The notes under the pieces were generated by a model. The model ran no database searches. It had not been told where the DNA came from and saw only the letters and a program-made list of their open reading frames with translations. Shown in pieces: positions 17,175-28,066 of a stretch of 64,000 nt of DNA (positions are counted from its first letter, which is position 1; the number at the start of each line of letters is the position of its first letter). The stretch covers positions 18,136 to 82,135 of the forward strand of contig JALHMH010000020.1 in assembly GCA_022844165.1 (NCBI GenBank), given 5' to 3'. Source of the stretch: Lysobacterales bacterium (GTDB lineage: Bacteria; Pseudomonadota; Gammaproteobacteria; Xanthomonadales; SZUA-5). The translations under genes were made by a program, and so were the position numbers.

Positions 17175-20100
17175 TCAGAAGCGATAGCGGAAGCCCATTT
17201 GCACCGCCCAACGCGACTCACCGGTGCGATCACGACGCAGGAAGTCCTCCGGCGTTGCCAGCACGTCGTACACATACTGACCGCTAGCGTTGATGCCCGC
17301 AAAGTTGACAAAACTGCGCGCCTGACCACCGTTACCCTGGAAGCCAACCTCGTCGATTACGCCCCAGTCTTTGTTGATCAGGTTGCCGACGTTGAGGATG
17401 TCGAACCAGATCTCAGCTTTGTTGTCGGCAAAAAAGCCGGGGAGTTCTTGCGAGATGCGGATGTCGAAGTTGTGTACCCAAGGCGCAAAAAATTCGTTCC
17501 GCGGCACCGTTTGACCAATGAAGCCAGACAAGCCCAGGCTTTGGACCAGCTGGTCGTACACCGCGCGCTCCGCCGGATCAGTGAACGTCACCTGCGCAGC
17601 AGTTGGCAAGTACATCAGATCGTTGCCAGCCAAACCGTCGCCGTTCATATCGTTATTGAAGGTGAAGCTGTACGGCTTGCCTTCGCGACCCTCGTAGAAC
17701 ATCGCGAATTCGGTCTTATAGTTGTCGAAGAAGAAGTGGCGATAACTCATCGTCGCGGTGAAGCGATCCTTGTTCACATATGGCGATCGCGATGCAACTT
17801 CTTCGTTGGGATTGAAGATCGAGCGGCTCGCCCAGTTGGAAATCGCGCGACTGGACGTGAGACCGTTGACCTCTTCCGCGTCGGTGTAAGCGTACGCCAC
17901 CTGCGCGAAGATGTTGGACTCTTCGGTCATCGGCTTGGTCAACGAAACGGTGAAGTTTTCGCCGCGGCCTTTGTTGGTGTTGCGGGCCAGAAGCACTTCG
18001 CGGAATGCGGTATTTCGGCGCGAACGTGCCGTGCCGCCGAACACGCCATTGGTACCATAACGCGCCGGGTCGAACGTCGCCCAATACAAGTTGCGGCCGT
18101 CCAGACCGAGACGAGTCGGTGTGCCCAGATTCAGATGTTCATAGAACACCGCGTCTTCGACTTCCGTCAGGATCACTTCAGCCGATCCTACCAGACCCCA
18201 CCACGGCAACTCATGTTCAACCGCAAGATTGCCCTTCCATACGGATGGCTGGTTCAGATCATCGGAGACAATGTCGACGTCTGCCGCCGGCGTACCGAAT
18301 CGCGGCTGGTTGTTCGGATCAGGACTGAAGCCAGGACGTGTGGTCGGGCAGTTCGCCAGACCCGGCACGCTGCAGCCGAACACCGAAATAGTCAAGCCGT
18401 TGTTGGTGTAAGGATTGGACAGCCAGACGTTCGCCGCTGCACCTTGGAACAAACCAACACCGCCACGCAGCTGCGTCGGACGTTCCGTGTCGAACGTGTA
18501 GTTAAACCCGAATCGTGGCTGGATGACATCGTTGCCATCAATGGTCTGATCGTTGCGAATGCCGAATGCACTGAGAGCCGCCTGATTGAACGGCGGACGC
18601 TCGTCCGTACCTGGGGTGTCGATGCGGAACCCATACATCAAGGTCAAGTTCAGGTTGACGTTCCACGTATCTTGAACGAACCAACCAACATTGGTAAGTT
18701 CAAAGTCCGCAGCCGCCGTCTCGGGAGCACCGCCTGTTGCGGCGCGATAGACGTATTCGCTGTAGATACCGTTCCTGAAGTTTTGCGTGGCTGTTGCCGT
18801 CACCTGGTTATTGACTCGGGTGTCCGAGAACCGATACTGCCCAAAGTTCGATTCCAGGAACAAATTGTAGATGTCGTTCGCTTCATAGTCGAAGCCAAAT
18901 TTGAACGTGTGATCTCCCACAAAAATGTTACCTGCGCCAAATCCGTTGAACGTCTGGGTCTCCAGCACGTTCTGGTGCCGGAATTGTTCCGTTCCGAAAC
19001 GGAAGTTGGCCGTACCGAAATCCACCTGGATCTGCGGTTGGTTTGCGAAGGTTCGCGGCGTGCTGAAGTAGTCGCGGTAAGACGCACGGAACTCGGTCGA
19101 AAATGAGTCGGTCCAATCGCTGAACAACTCGACGACATAGTTGTCGAATTCTTTCTCTTGTGTGTACCAATAACTGGACAGGGAGAAGAAGTTGTTGCCG
19201 AAACCGGGCAGGATCGCTTCGGCTTGTTCGGTGCGGCTGAAGCGAAATGCTGCGCGGTGTTGGTCGCTGATGTTCCAATCGAAGCGCGCCAGCAAGGTCT
19301 CGACTTCGGTATCGATGTCGCTCGGGTTCAAGTCGCCTGGATTCAATCGATAGACGTTTCGTGCGATATCGATCACTTCCTGGAGCTGTGCCGCACTAAT
19401 ACCGTTCGTCGCACGATTGAATGGGCCTGCGCTCAGATCGGGCGCCGGCGACTTCAGTTCGGACTTGTCGTAGTTGACAAAGAAGAACAGACGATCTTCG
19501 AGGATCGGTCCGCCCAGGGTGGCCCCGTAAGTGCGCTCGTTATCGAAACCCGCAAACTTCACGCCACGATCATCTGTCTCACGCACCCAATCGGAATCGC
19601 GGTAGGTGCCATACACCGAGCCCGTGAACTCGTTGGTACCGGATTTGGTGACCGCATTGATGTTTGCGCCGGTATAACCACGCTGCGTGATGTCAAAATT
19701 CGCGATGTTCAACTGCACGGACTCGATGGCGTCGATCGAGATCGGCTGGCGAATCGTGGGCAGATTGTTGGACTCAAGACCGAAAGTGTCGTTGGTGGAC
19801 ACCGAGTCGATGGTCACCGAGTTGTAGCGCGAATTCTGGCCGAGGGCGGAAATTTCGCCACGTTCTTTGTCGGTTTGCGAAATGCGCGGATCAAGGCGCG
19901 CGTAATCTTGCAAATCGCGACGGATGGACGGCAGTGCGTTGATGGTCTCGCGCGAAATATCCGTGCTCGCGCCCATACGCTCAGAAGAAAAGATATCGGA
20001 CTGAGCGGAAGCGACAACTTCGACAGCCGTCATCTCAACGGTTTCCGGCTCGAGGTCGACGATCAGCGAAGCCGTTTCGCCGAGTGCCAGTGTTAAGTTA

Positions 20101-20390
20101 TCGGTCGCCTCGCCTTGAAAACCATCGGCGGTCACAGTGACACGGAACGGACCGCCAACGCGCAAACCAGTCGAACCATAACGCCCTTGTGCGTCGGTGA
20201 TGATCGTGCGACGCGTGCCGGATGGCACGTGCAAAATGTCGACGGTTGCGCCGGCAATCGGACGCCCCTCGGCATCGGTAACGCGACCACTGAGTGCGGA
20301 TGAGGTGTTTTGTGCGAATGCGATGTGCGAGGCCGAAAGGCCCAACAACACACCCAGGACCAACGCTTTGATCTGCGGCTTTCTTTTCAT
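17175..20390 (-). CDS. TonB-dependent receptor (Oar-like, carboxypeptidase-regulatory N-domain)
   Basis: Signal peptide, GLRVGGPF, NAVTKSGTNEF and a C-terminal YRF beta-barrel signal. Confidence 0.92.
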   Translation of the reverse strand: MKRKPQIKALVLGVLLGLSASHIAFAQNTSSALSGRVTDAEGRPIAGATVDILHVPSGTRRTIITDAQGRYGSTGLRVGGPFRVTVTADGFQGEATDNLTLALGETASLIVDLEPETVEMTAVEVVASAQSDIFSSERMGASTDISRETINALPSIRRDLQDYARLDPRISQTDKERGEISALGQNSRYNSVTIDSVSTNDTFGLESNNLPTIRQPISIDAIESVQLNIANFDITQRGYTGANINAVTKSGTNEFTGSVYGTYRDSDWVRETDDRGVKFAGFDNERTYGATLGGPILEDRLFFFVNYDKSELKSPAPDLSAGPFNRATNGISAAQLQEVIDIARNVYRLNPGDLNPSDIDTEVETLLARFDWNISDQHRAAFRFSRTEQAEAILPGFGNNFFSLSSYWYTQEKEFDNYVVELFSDWTDSFSTEFRASYRDYFSTPRTFANQPQIQVDFGTANFRFGTEQFRHQNVLETQTFNGFGAGNIFVGDHTFKFGFDYEANDIYNLFLESNFGQYRFSDTRVNNQVTATATQNFRNGIYSEYVYRAATGGAPETAAADFELTNVGWFVQDTWNVNLNLTLMYGFRIDTPGTDERPPFNQAALSAFGIRNDQTIDGNDVIQPRFGFNYTFDTERPTQLRGGVGLFQGAAANVWLSNPYTNNGLTISVFGCSVPGLANCPTTRPGFSPDPNNQPRFGTPAADVDIVSDDLNQPSVWKGNLAVEHELPWWGLVGSAEVILTEVEDAVFYEHLNLGTPTRLGLDGRNLYWATFDPARYGTNGVFGGTARSRRNTAFREVLLARNTNKGRGENFTVSLTKPMTEESNIFAQVAYAYTDAEEVNGLTSSRAISNWASRSIFNPNEEVASRSPYVNKDRFTATMSYRHFFFDNYKTEFAMFYEGREGKPYSFTFNNDMNGDGLAGNDLMYLPTAAQVTFTDPAERAVYDQLVQSLGLSGFIGQTVPRNEFFAPWVHNFDIRISQELPGFFADNKAEIWFDILNVGNLINKDWGVIDEVGFQGNGGQARSFVNFAGINASGQYVYDVLATPEDFLRRDRTGESRWAVQMGFRYRF

Positions 20391-20560
20391 GATGACGGAT
20401 GCCTGACTTTGACGTACGGGTTGACTCACTCCCATGACTTCGCACACGAGGCGTGCCGAACAAGTGTCGGGGAGGAATTAAGGGGAGTTTAACAGCGGCA
20501 GATGACGGTTTGGTAACAAGCCCCTTGACTGTCATTCAGCCAGAAGTCCTGGATTGACGG

Positions 20561-21037
20561 TCAAAACAGCCCGGACGTCAGACCGAACGCGAGGGTTGCG
20601 CCCAATTCTTCACAGTTCTGACGATTCAGCTCGATCTGATCGCTGGGCACGATTGAAGCTTCTTGTACTTTCTTGAGCCCAAGTCCTCGGGCAATACGCT
20701 CGATCCCTTGAACCGCACCCTGGCCGTCCTGTCCCGCGACGACGACGCAGGCATAGGGTCTTCCGGCAAGCCGATCGCCGATCGGGTAATACGCGCGTTC
20801 GAACAGGTCTTTGAGCATCCCGCTCATGCCACCAAAACACTCCGGTGTTGCGAACAAATAGCCGTGAGCCGCCAGCAGGTCATCTACGCTTGTTGCGGCG
20901 GCGCGTTGGCAATGAACCTCGATTTCCAAACACGTTTGCGCACCTGCCATCGCGGCGGAGGCCAGCGCTTCCGTGCGCCAGCCATGACTGTGATAGACAA
21001 TCAACAATCGCGATTGCATCACACTGCCGATCGCCAC
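20561..21037 (-). CDS. Flavodoxin/NADPH-dependent FMN reductase family protein
   Basis: LLIVYHSHGWRTEALA and ATPECFGGMSGMLKD motifs. Confidence 0.85.
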   Translation of the reverse strand: MAIGSVMQSRLLIVYHSHGWRTEALASAAMAGAQTCLEIEVHCQRAAATSVDDLLAAHGYLFATPECFGGMSGMLKDLFERAYYPIGDRLAGRPYACVVVAGQDGQGAVQGIERIARGLGLKKVQEASIVPSDQIELNRQNCEELGATLAFGLTSGLF

Positions 21038-21040
21038 GCC

Positions 21041-23524
21041 TCAGTGACGCACGAGACCCGTCGCACTTTCGCCCGCCGGCGCCTGTTCAGCTGTTGGCGA
21101 TTCCACGGGCCTCGGCTGAGGTTGTCCGGCGAGTGCGATCTCCAAGACCTCATCGATCCACTTGACGGGACGTATGTCCAGATCGCCCGTGACGTTGGCG
21201 GGGATATCGGCCAGGTCCTTTCGATTATCGTCTGGGATCAGAACCGTCTTGATGCCGCCGCGATGGGCCGCCAACAGCTTTTCTTTTAGTCCGCCGATCG
21301 GCAAGACGCGGCCCCGCAACGTGATCTCCCCAGTCATCGCCACCGAGGACTTAACCGGAATCTTGGTGAGCGCCGACACCAGGGCCGTGCACATGCCGAT
21401 ACCAGCGCTTGGCCCGTCTTTGGGCGTAGCGCCTTCCGGTACATGCACATGGATATCCAGTTTCTGGTGGAACTCTGGGTCGATACCCAGACTCACCGAG
21501 CGTGCTCGCACGACCGAAAGTGCCGCTTGCACGGACTCCTGCATGACTTCCCCGAGCTTGCCGGTTTGAGTCAACTTACCTTTGCCCGGAACAATTGCAG
21601 CCTCAATGCTCAGAATTTCGCCGCCGACCTCAGTCCAGGCAAGACCGGTGACCAGGCCTACTTCGTCCTTTTCTTCGGCAAGGCCGTACTGAAAACGACG
21701 CACGCCAAGGAATTTATCAAGATTTTTGCTTTGCACCAGCACCGTTTTCGCGGCCTTTTCGCTCTTCTGTGCCTTATCGACCTTCGCTTTCGACAGACGT
21801 ACTTTGCGCGACTTGCCCTCTTTGAGCGACAGCTCTTTGACGGCTTTCCGGCAAATTTTGCTGATTTCGCGTTCGAGGTTTCTGACGCCAGCCTCGCGTG
21901 TGTAGTAACGGATGATGTCGATGATCGCCTCGTCAGCGACCTGGATCTCGTTGGGCTTCAGACCATTGGCCTTCACCTGCTTGCCCAGCAGATATCGCTT
22001 GGCAATCGCCAGCTTTTCGTCTTCGGTATAGCCGGGGATACGAATAACCTCCATGCGATCCAGCAACGGCCCCGGAATGTTCAATGAGTTGGCGGTCCCG
22101 ATGAACATGACCTCCGACAGATCGAGATCGACTTCTAGATAGTGATCGTTAAAGGTGTGATTCTGCTCGGGATCCAGGACTTCGAGCAAAGCCGAGGACG
22201 GATCGCCGCGAAAATCCATCGACATTTTGTCGAGCTCATCCAGCATGAACAGCGGATTCTTGCTCTTAACCTTGCTCAGGTTCTGAACGATGCGGCCCGG
22301 CAAGGACCCGATGTAGGTCCTGCGATGGCCGCGAATTTCGGCCTCGTCGCGCACGCCACCTAAGGAAATACGCGCAAACTTTCGTCCCGTTGCGCGTGCG
22401 ATGGATTGACCAAGCGACGTTTTGCCAACGCCTGGTGGGCCAACCAGACACAGGATGGGCCCTTTCATGCGTTTGACGCGTTGTTGAACCGCCAGATACT
22501 CGAGAATGCGTTCTTTGACCTTTTCCAGACCAAAGTGGTCTTCGTCGAGCACCTTTTCCGCCTCGGCGAGGTTCTTTCGGATGCGCGTTCTCGCGCTCCA
22601 GGGCACATTGGCCAACCAGTCGATGTAGTTGCGAACGACGGTAGCCTCAGCGGCCATCGGCGACATCATCTTGAGTTTGTTCAACTCGGCGCGTGCTTTG
22701 GCCGCCACGGGTTTGGGCATCCCGGCCTTTTCGATGCGCCGCGCCAATTCGTCCATCTCGGATGGCGCTTCGTCCAAATCGCCGAGTTCCTTCTGAATGG
22801 CCTTCATCTGCTCATTCAAGTAGTACTCGCGCTGGCTCTTCTCCATCTGCGTCTTGACGCGACCTCGGATGCGTTTCTCGATCTGCAGGACGTCAATTTC
22901 GGCGTCAACAGCAGCGATCAGCATTTCCAGGCGTTGACCAACTCCCGCGGTTTCCAGCAGCGACTGCTTATCGCCCATTTTGATCGACAAATGCGCGGCG
23001 ATGGTATCGGCGAGGCGCGAGGGGTCATCGATTGCGTTCAACGTTGCCAAAAGCTCAGGCGGAATCTTGCGGTTGAGCTTGACCAACTGCTCGAACTGAC
23101 TCAACAAAGTCCGCGCTACCACCTCCACTTCACGTGGCTCGCGATCCATCTCCGACTCAACGACAACGGGAACCGCGCGATAAATGCCCTGGGATTCACC
23201 GACGCCGGTTATCATGACGCGGCGCAAGCCCTCCACCAGCAACTTCACTGTGCCGTCTGGAAGCTTCAGCAACTGCAGAATCGTGGCATGCGTACCCATC
23301 TCATACAAATCGGCCGGCGCCGGATCGTCGACTTCCGGGAGTCGCTGCGACACCAGCAGAATCTGCTTGTCGGCGTCCATCGCAAATTCCAAAGCACGCA
23401 TCGAACGCTCGCGGCCTACAAACAGCGGAATGACCATGTGTGGATACACCACGACATCTCGCAGCGGGAGTATCGGCAGGCTGCGTTCATGGCGGCCAAA
23501 ATCGAGTCGGGAGCTGGCGGGCAT
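21041..23524 (-). CDS. lon: ATP-dependent protease La
   Basis: [27 protein letters not shown] and IGGLKEK motifs. Confidence 0.97.
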   Translation of the reverse strand: MPASSRLDFGRHERSLPILPLRDVVVYPHMVIPLFVGRERSMRALEFAMDADKQILLVSQRLPEVDDPAPADLYEMGTHATILQLLKLPDGTVKLLVEGLRRVMITGVGESQGIYRAVPVVVESEMDREPREVEVVARTLLSQFEQLVKLNRKIPPELLATLNAIDDPSRLADTIAAHLSIKMGDKQSLLETAGVGQRLEMLIAAVDAEIDVLQIEKRIRGRVKTQMEKSQREYYLNEQMKAIQKELGDLDEAPSEMDELARRIEKAGMPKPVAAKARAELNKLKMMSPMAAEATVVRNYIDWLANVPWSARTRIRKNLAEAEKVLDEDHFGLEKVKERILEYLAVQQRVKRMKGPILCLVGPPGVGKTSLGQSIARATGRKFARISLGGVRDEAEIRGHRRTYIGSLPGRIVQNLSKVKSKNPLFMLDELDKMSMDFRGDPSSALLEVLDPEQNHTFNDHYLEVDLDLSEVMFIGTANSLNIPGPLLDRMEVIRIPGYTEDEKLAIAKRYLLGKQVKANGLKPNEIQVADEAIIDIIRYYTREAGVRNLEREISKICRKAVKELSLKEGKSRKVRLSKAKVDKAQKSEKAAKTVLVQSKNLDKFLGVRRFQYGLAEEKDEVGLVTGLAWTEVGGEILSIEAAIVPGKGKLTQTGKLGEVMQESVQAALSVVRARSVSLGIDPEFHQKLDIHVHVPEGATPKDGPSAGIGMCTALVSALTKIPVKSSVAMTGEITLRGRVLPIGGLKEKLLAAHRGGIKTVLIPDDNRKDLADIPANVTGDLDIRPVKWIDEVLEIALAGQPQPRPVESPTAEQAPAGESATGLVRH

Positions 23525-23555
23525 ATTTTTTCTGATCTTGAAGGTTACCGCGGTG

Positions 23556-23584
23556 AAATGCGGCACGATAGGAAAGAAGTCAAG
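23556..23584 (-). promoter_or_regulatory. Putative sigma-32 promoter of lon
   Basis: CTTGAC-N15-CCGCATTT versus consensus CTTGAA-N13-17-CCCCATNT. Confidence 0.65.
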
Positions 23585-23683
23585 GGATGCAAGGCTCGCT
23601 GTCAGTGAGCAGGGCAGCGGCCAGGGTCACGGGTCTGGACGGCGACGCATTTGCCCCGACGGCGCTCGCTTTCGCAAATGGAA

Positions 23684-24958
23684 CTATTGTCCTGACGCCA
23701 ATGCCTGTTGCACTGCACCGCCGTCATAGATCAGATAAGGCTCGGCGTTGCCATTAATGACGGCTTCGTCAACGACGATCTTGCTGACCGACTGCATCGA
23801 CGGCAAATCGTACATCGTATCGAGCAAAACCTGCTCGACGATCGTACGCAGGCCGCGCGCGCCGGTTTTTCGATCAAGCGCTTTGCGTGAAATTGCGCCT
23901 AGCGCATCGGGACGAAATTCGAGATCGACCCCTTCCATCTCGAACAAACGCTTGAACTGTTTCACCAGCGCGTTCTTGGGTTCCGACAGAATGCGCACCA
24001 AAGCCGCCTCGTCAAGTTCTTCGAGCGTCGCCACAACCGGCAGACGACCGACGAATTCCGGAATCAAACCGTAGCGAATCAGGTCCTCAGGCTCGACATC
24101 CTGAAGTACCTGCCCGACGTTGCGTTTGCTGGAGGTGGAGCGCACATCCGCCGAAAAGCCGATGCCGGTATGCGTCGACCGCGCCTGGATCACTTTTTCC
24201 AATCCGGCGAAGGCACCGCCGCAAATGAACAGGATGTTTTTCGTATCCACCTGCAGAAACTCCTGCTGGGGATGTTTGCGTCCGCCTTGCGGTGGCACCG
24301 ATGCGACCGTGCCTTCGATCAACTTCAGCAGCGCCTGCTGCACGCCTTCGCCGGAGACATCGCGGGTAATCGAAGGGTTTTCGCTCTTGCGCGAAATCTT
24401 ATCGATCTCATCGATATAGACGATGCCCGTCTGTGCCTTTTCGACATCGTAATCGCACTTCTGAAGCAACTTCTGAATGATGTTCTCGACGTCTTCGCCG
24501 ACATAGCCCGCTTCGGTCAACGTCGTTGCATCGGCAATGGTGAACGGCACATTCAGCAGGCGCGCCAACGTCTCCGCGAGCAAGGTTTTGCCCGAACCGG
24601 TAGGTCCGATCAGCAGGATATTCGATTTAGCCAGCTCCACTTCGTCGCCGCGCTGGCGCGATTCCAATCGCTTGTAATGATTGTGCACCGCTACCGAGAG
24701 AATTTTTTTGGCTCGCTGCTGGCCGATCACGTATTGATCGAGCACCTCAAGAATCTCGCGTGGCTTCGGCAGGCTGGATCGCCCCGCTTGAGCTTTGTCT
24801 TCGAGTTCCTCGCGGATGATGTCGTTGCACAGCTCAACGCACTCATCGCAGATAAAGACACTGGGGCCTGCGATCAGCTTGCGCACCTCATGCTGGCTCT
24901 TTCCGCAAAACGAGCAATACAGCACTTTTCCGCCATCACCACGTCGATCATCCGACAT
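23684..24958 (-). CDS. clpX: Clp protease ATP-binding subunit ClpX
   Basis: CSFCGK...CDECVELC Zn finger, GPTGSGKT and IGF loop. Confidence 0.97.
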   Translation of the reverse strand: MSDDRRGDGGKVLYCSFCGKSQHEVRKLIAGPSVFICDECVELCNDIIREELEDKAQAGRSSLPKPREILEVLDQYVIGQQRAKKILSVAVHNHYKRLESRQRGDEVELAKSNILLIGPTGSGKTLLAETLARLLNVPFTIADATTLTEAGYVGEDVENIIQKLLQKCDYDVEKAQTGIVYIDEIDKISRKSENPSITRDVSGEGVQQALLKLIEGTVASVPPQGGRKHPQQEFLQVDTKNILFICGGAFAGLEKVIQARSTHTGIGFSADVRSTSSKRNVGQVLQDVEPEDLIRYGLIPEFVGRLPVVATLEELDEAALVRILSEPKNALVKQFKRLFEMEGVDLEFRPDALGAISRKALDRKTGARGLRTIVEQVLLDTMYDLPSMQSVSKIVVDEAVINGNAEPYLIYDGGAVQQALASGQ

Positions 24959-25089
24959 TCGCACGAACTCATTCTTCGCCCATTTACAGGGCAGACGATT
25001 TGAGAATAGCAGGGTTTTCAGATGACGTTGCCTAACGCCACAGGTGTTCACAAACCCAGTCGTTTGCTGCCGGATTCTGCAACCGGACT

Positions 25090-25725
25090 TCAAAAGGCGA
25101 AGCGCTGCATTGATTTGCTGTAAGCGACGCCGTTGAGGTCAAACGTCAACACGCCGCTCTCTCGATCGGCGAATATCAATGAGAACGTGCCGACTTGAGC
25201 CGTGGCGACTGACGCTGGATCAAACCCCATCGGCGGGAACCCGCTGGCCGTGGACCTCAGCAAAGTCCCACGCATCTCCAGCGGACTGACCCAGTTCACG
25301 CCTGTCATCAGCAGCCACAGCGGCTTGCGATCCGCGTCATAAATGTATAGCGTGCCGGCGACGCGCGCGTTCGGCCGATGCGTAAGATGCATTCCCCAAC
25401 CCGCTTCGGCTGGCATCCACCACAAATCGGTGAAGTCGATTCCTGGTGCCCAAAGATATTGCAGCGGCGATCGCAAGTACGCCTCGACGTCCAGGATCTG
25501 CGGCTCAGGCAGATTGACCTTGACCATCGCAGGTATGTTGGCCAGTGCGCCGCGAATTCTGTCCGCGCTGAATCCGGTGATATTCGGCGTACCGTTTTGA
25601 CGCTCCTGTGGCGGGCTGCCATGGCAGCGCGCGCAGGTTTGTTCGTACCAGAACTTACCGGCAACCGGATCTGCCGCATGGGCTGCTGCGGCAAGAAGAA
25701 GAATCAAGGACAGGATCAGACGCAT
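25090..25725 (-). CDS. Secreted monoheme cytochrome c fused to a Trp-rich beta domain
   Basis: Signal peptide, CARCH heme motif with distal Met; C-terminal [12 protein letters not shown]...[12 protein letters not shown]. Confidence 0.8.
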   Translation of the reverse strand: MRLILSLILLLAAAAHAADPVAGKFWYEQTCARCHGSPPQERQNGTPNITGFSADRIRGALANIPAMVKVNLPEPQILDVEAYLRSPLQYLWAPGIDFTDLWWMPAEAGWGMHLTHRPNARVAGTLYIYDADRKPLWLLMTGVNWVSPLEMRGTLLRSTASGFPPMGFDPASVATAQVGTFSLIFADRESGVLTFDLNGVAYSKSMQRFAF

Positions 25726-25848
25726 GCCAACCTCCAACTGGACGCTGGACAATCATCACGCGGTCGCGTTGCAATCCAATGACTGCGCTCAGAGCGGGCT
25801 TTGTCAGGGGCGCCTATACTCGTCGGCCCTTTTGTGAATCGCCAGCCA

Positions 25849-27177
25849 ATGATCGCCACTGCACCCAAAGTTGGCTTTGTCAGTTTGGGATGCCCCAAAG
25901 CGCTTGTCGACTCCGAGCGGATCCTCACGCAATTGCGCACAGAGGGTTACCAGATCGTTCCGACCTACGACGCGGCAGATGTCGTCGTAGTGAATACCTG
26001 CGGATTCATCGAATCGGCGGTCGAGGAGTCGCTCGAAGCCATCGGCGAGGCCATGGCGGAGAACGGCAAGGTGGTGGTCACCGGCTGTTTAGGCGCGCGG
26101 GCGGAATTGATCCGGGCGCGGTTCCCACAGGTCTTGAGCGTGTCTGGCCCACAGGACTACGAGTCGGTCATGACTGCGGTGCACGCGCAACGCCCACCTC
26201 CGCACGATCCGTTTCTCGACCTGGTGCCTCCGCAAGGCATCAAATTGACACCACGCCACTATGCCTACTTGAAAATCTCAGAAGGCTGCAATCATCGCTG
26301 CAGCTTTTGCATCATTCCCTCGATGCGTGGAGATCTGGTCAGCCGGCCGATCGATGCGGTGTTGACCGAAGCGGAGCGACTGGTCAAAGGCGGCGTGCGT
26401 GAACTACTGGTGATTTCGCAAGACACCAGCGCCTATGGTGTCGACCTGAAATACGCGGACCGCACCTGGCGCAGTCGCCAATGGCAGACCCGTTTTGTTG
26501 ATTTGGCAAGCGCGCTCGGAGAGCTCGGCGTGTGGGTTCGGATGCACTACGTTTATCCCTACCCGCACGTCGATCAGATCATCCCATTGATGGCGGCGGG
26601 CAAGATCCTGCCATATCTGGACATACCATTTCAGCACTCGCATCCGCAGGTCCTGAAGCGCATGAAACGGCCAGCGAGCGGGGAACGCAACATCGAGCGT
26701 ATCCGAGCCTGGCGCAGTATTTGCCCAGAGATCACGCTACGTAGCACGTTCATTGTTGGTTTTCCTGGCGAGACCGAAGCGGAGTTCCAGGACCTGTTGG
26801 CGTTCTTGGAAGAAGCCCAGTTGGACCGCGTCGGTGCGTTCGCCTATTCGCCGGTGGCTGGCGCTGCGGCAAACGCGCTTGAAGGCGCGGTGCCGGAAGA
26901 CGTCAAACAGGAACGTCTCGAACGTTTTATGGCAGTTCAAGCCGACATCAGTGCACGTCGACTGCAAGCACGCATTGGCACAACCGAAACGATTCTGATC
27001 GACGAAGTTGGACCTGGTGTCGCGACTGGCCGTTCGCGCAAAGAAGCCCCCGACATCGACGGCAAGGTTTTGATCAAACTGCGCAAATCCGACCCGCGTC
27101 CTGCACCCGGCATGTTCATCGACGTGGCGATCAAAAAGGCTGATGAGCACGACCTGCATGCCGCCATCGCCATTTGA
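25849..27177 (+). CDS. rimO: Ribosomal protein S12 methylthiotransferase
   Basis: [22 protein letters not shown] and TRAM domain. Confidence 0.96.
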   Translation: MIATAPKVGFVSLGCPKALVDSERILTQLRTEGYQIVPTYDAADVVVVNTCGFIESAVEESLEAIGEAMAENGKVVVTGCLGARAELIRARFPQVLSVSGPQDYESVMTAVHAQRPPPHDPFLDLVPPQGIKLTPRHYAYLKISEGCNHRCSFCIIPSMRGDLVSRPIDAVLTEAERLVKGGVRELLVISQDTSAYGVDLKYADRTWRSRQWQTRFVDLASALGELGVWVRMHYVYPYPHVDQIIPLMAAGKILPYLDIPFQHSHPQVLKRMKRPASGERNIERIRAWRSICPEITLRSTFIVGFPGETEAEFQDLLAFLEEAQLDRVGAFAYSPVAGAAANALEGAVPEDVKQERLERFMAVQADISARRLQARIGTTETILIDEVGPGVATGRSRKEAPDIDGKVLIKLRKSDPRPAPGMFIDVAIKKADEHDLHAAIAI

Positions 27178-28066
27178 TCAGCTTTCGGTTGCAAGTGTGC
27201 CAGGTAAGCTCACAGGAACAGTGCCAACCGACCCGCCAGTGGCCACGCAAGGGCCATTGACCGATGAGATTTTTGCCACGCCGCCCTTTGCGCAACTCGC
27301 GGCCTATCGCGAGCTACTGGCGTTGAGCGACGCCGATTTTCTGCGCGCGATCAATTCACAGGTCGATTCGCCATCCTTTGTTTGCGCAACCACAATCGAC
27401 GACGGGATGCACTACGAGGCGCGTGTGGCCCAAGGTCTGGTCAGCACCCGTCCGAACAGTTGGCATGACCGTTTTGGGGCGCTTGCCTGGCTGGAGTTTC
27501 CGCACAGCAAGCGCGCATTGAACGCCCTGCAAATGGCGGGGCTGGTGCGAGTCGGCCCGAAAGAAAGAACCCGCCATCAACAGGCGCTGACGCATGTTGA
27601 TGAAGCAGGATTGATCGTAGCCTGCGCCGATGCCGGCTGGTTAGATGCCATGCTCGAGCACCGCTGGACCGAATTGCTGACCTCACGACGCAAACAACTT
27701 AACAAGGACGTCGAAGTGTGGGTCCTCGGCCATGCATTGTTTGAGCTCAAGCTGACGCGGACGGATGAACTGTTGGCAGGCAAGGTTCTGCCGGTGATGG
27801 TGGAGCCCGGTTTTTATGCCGACTCCCCGGAGTCTCGCCGCGAGCAGTTGGACCGGCGCATCGCGGCTGCTCTGCTCGCCGGAGAACTCGCCGCTGACCC
27901 AAAGGACCTGCCGACGCTGCCTCTGGCGGCGCTCGCCGGGTGGCACCCAAGAAACGCCGACCCGGCATTCATCGCGAGTGCGCCGTGCTTTCGCCCCAAA
28001 CCTGCCGGGCGGATCTACGCTCCGCCCGTTGAGCTGTGCTTGCCAAATCAGCCGAACATCAGCTGA
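27143..28066 (+). CDS. DUF3025-family protein (true start probably slightly downstream)
   Basis: YEARV...TRPNSWHD...[17 protein letters not shown] and GHALFE motifs. Confidence 0.75.
   Translation: MSTTCMPPSPFDQLSVASVPGKLTGTVPTDPPVATQGPLTDEIFATPPFAQLAAYRELLALSDADFLRAINSQVDSPSFVCATTIDDGMHYEARVAQGLVSTRPNSWHDRFGALAWLEFPHSKRALNALQMAGLVRVGPKERTRHQQALTHVDEAGLIVACADAGWLDAMLEHRWTELLTSRRKQLNKDVEVWVLGHALFELKLTRTDELLAGKVLPVMVEPGFYADSPESRREQLDRRIAAALLAGELAADPKDLPTLPLAALAGWHPRNADPAFIASAPCFRPKPAGRIYAPPVELCLPNQPNIS

Noticed and set aside
17199-19106. 635-aa plus-strand ORF (and similar long ORFs opposite lon, clpX and htpG)
   Set aside because: Antisense shadows of well-supported genes, with no motifs of their own.
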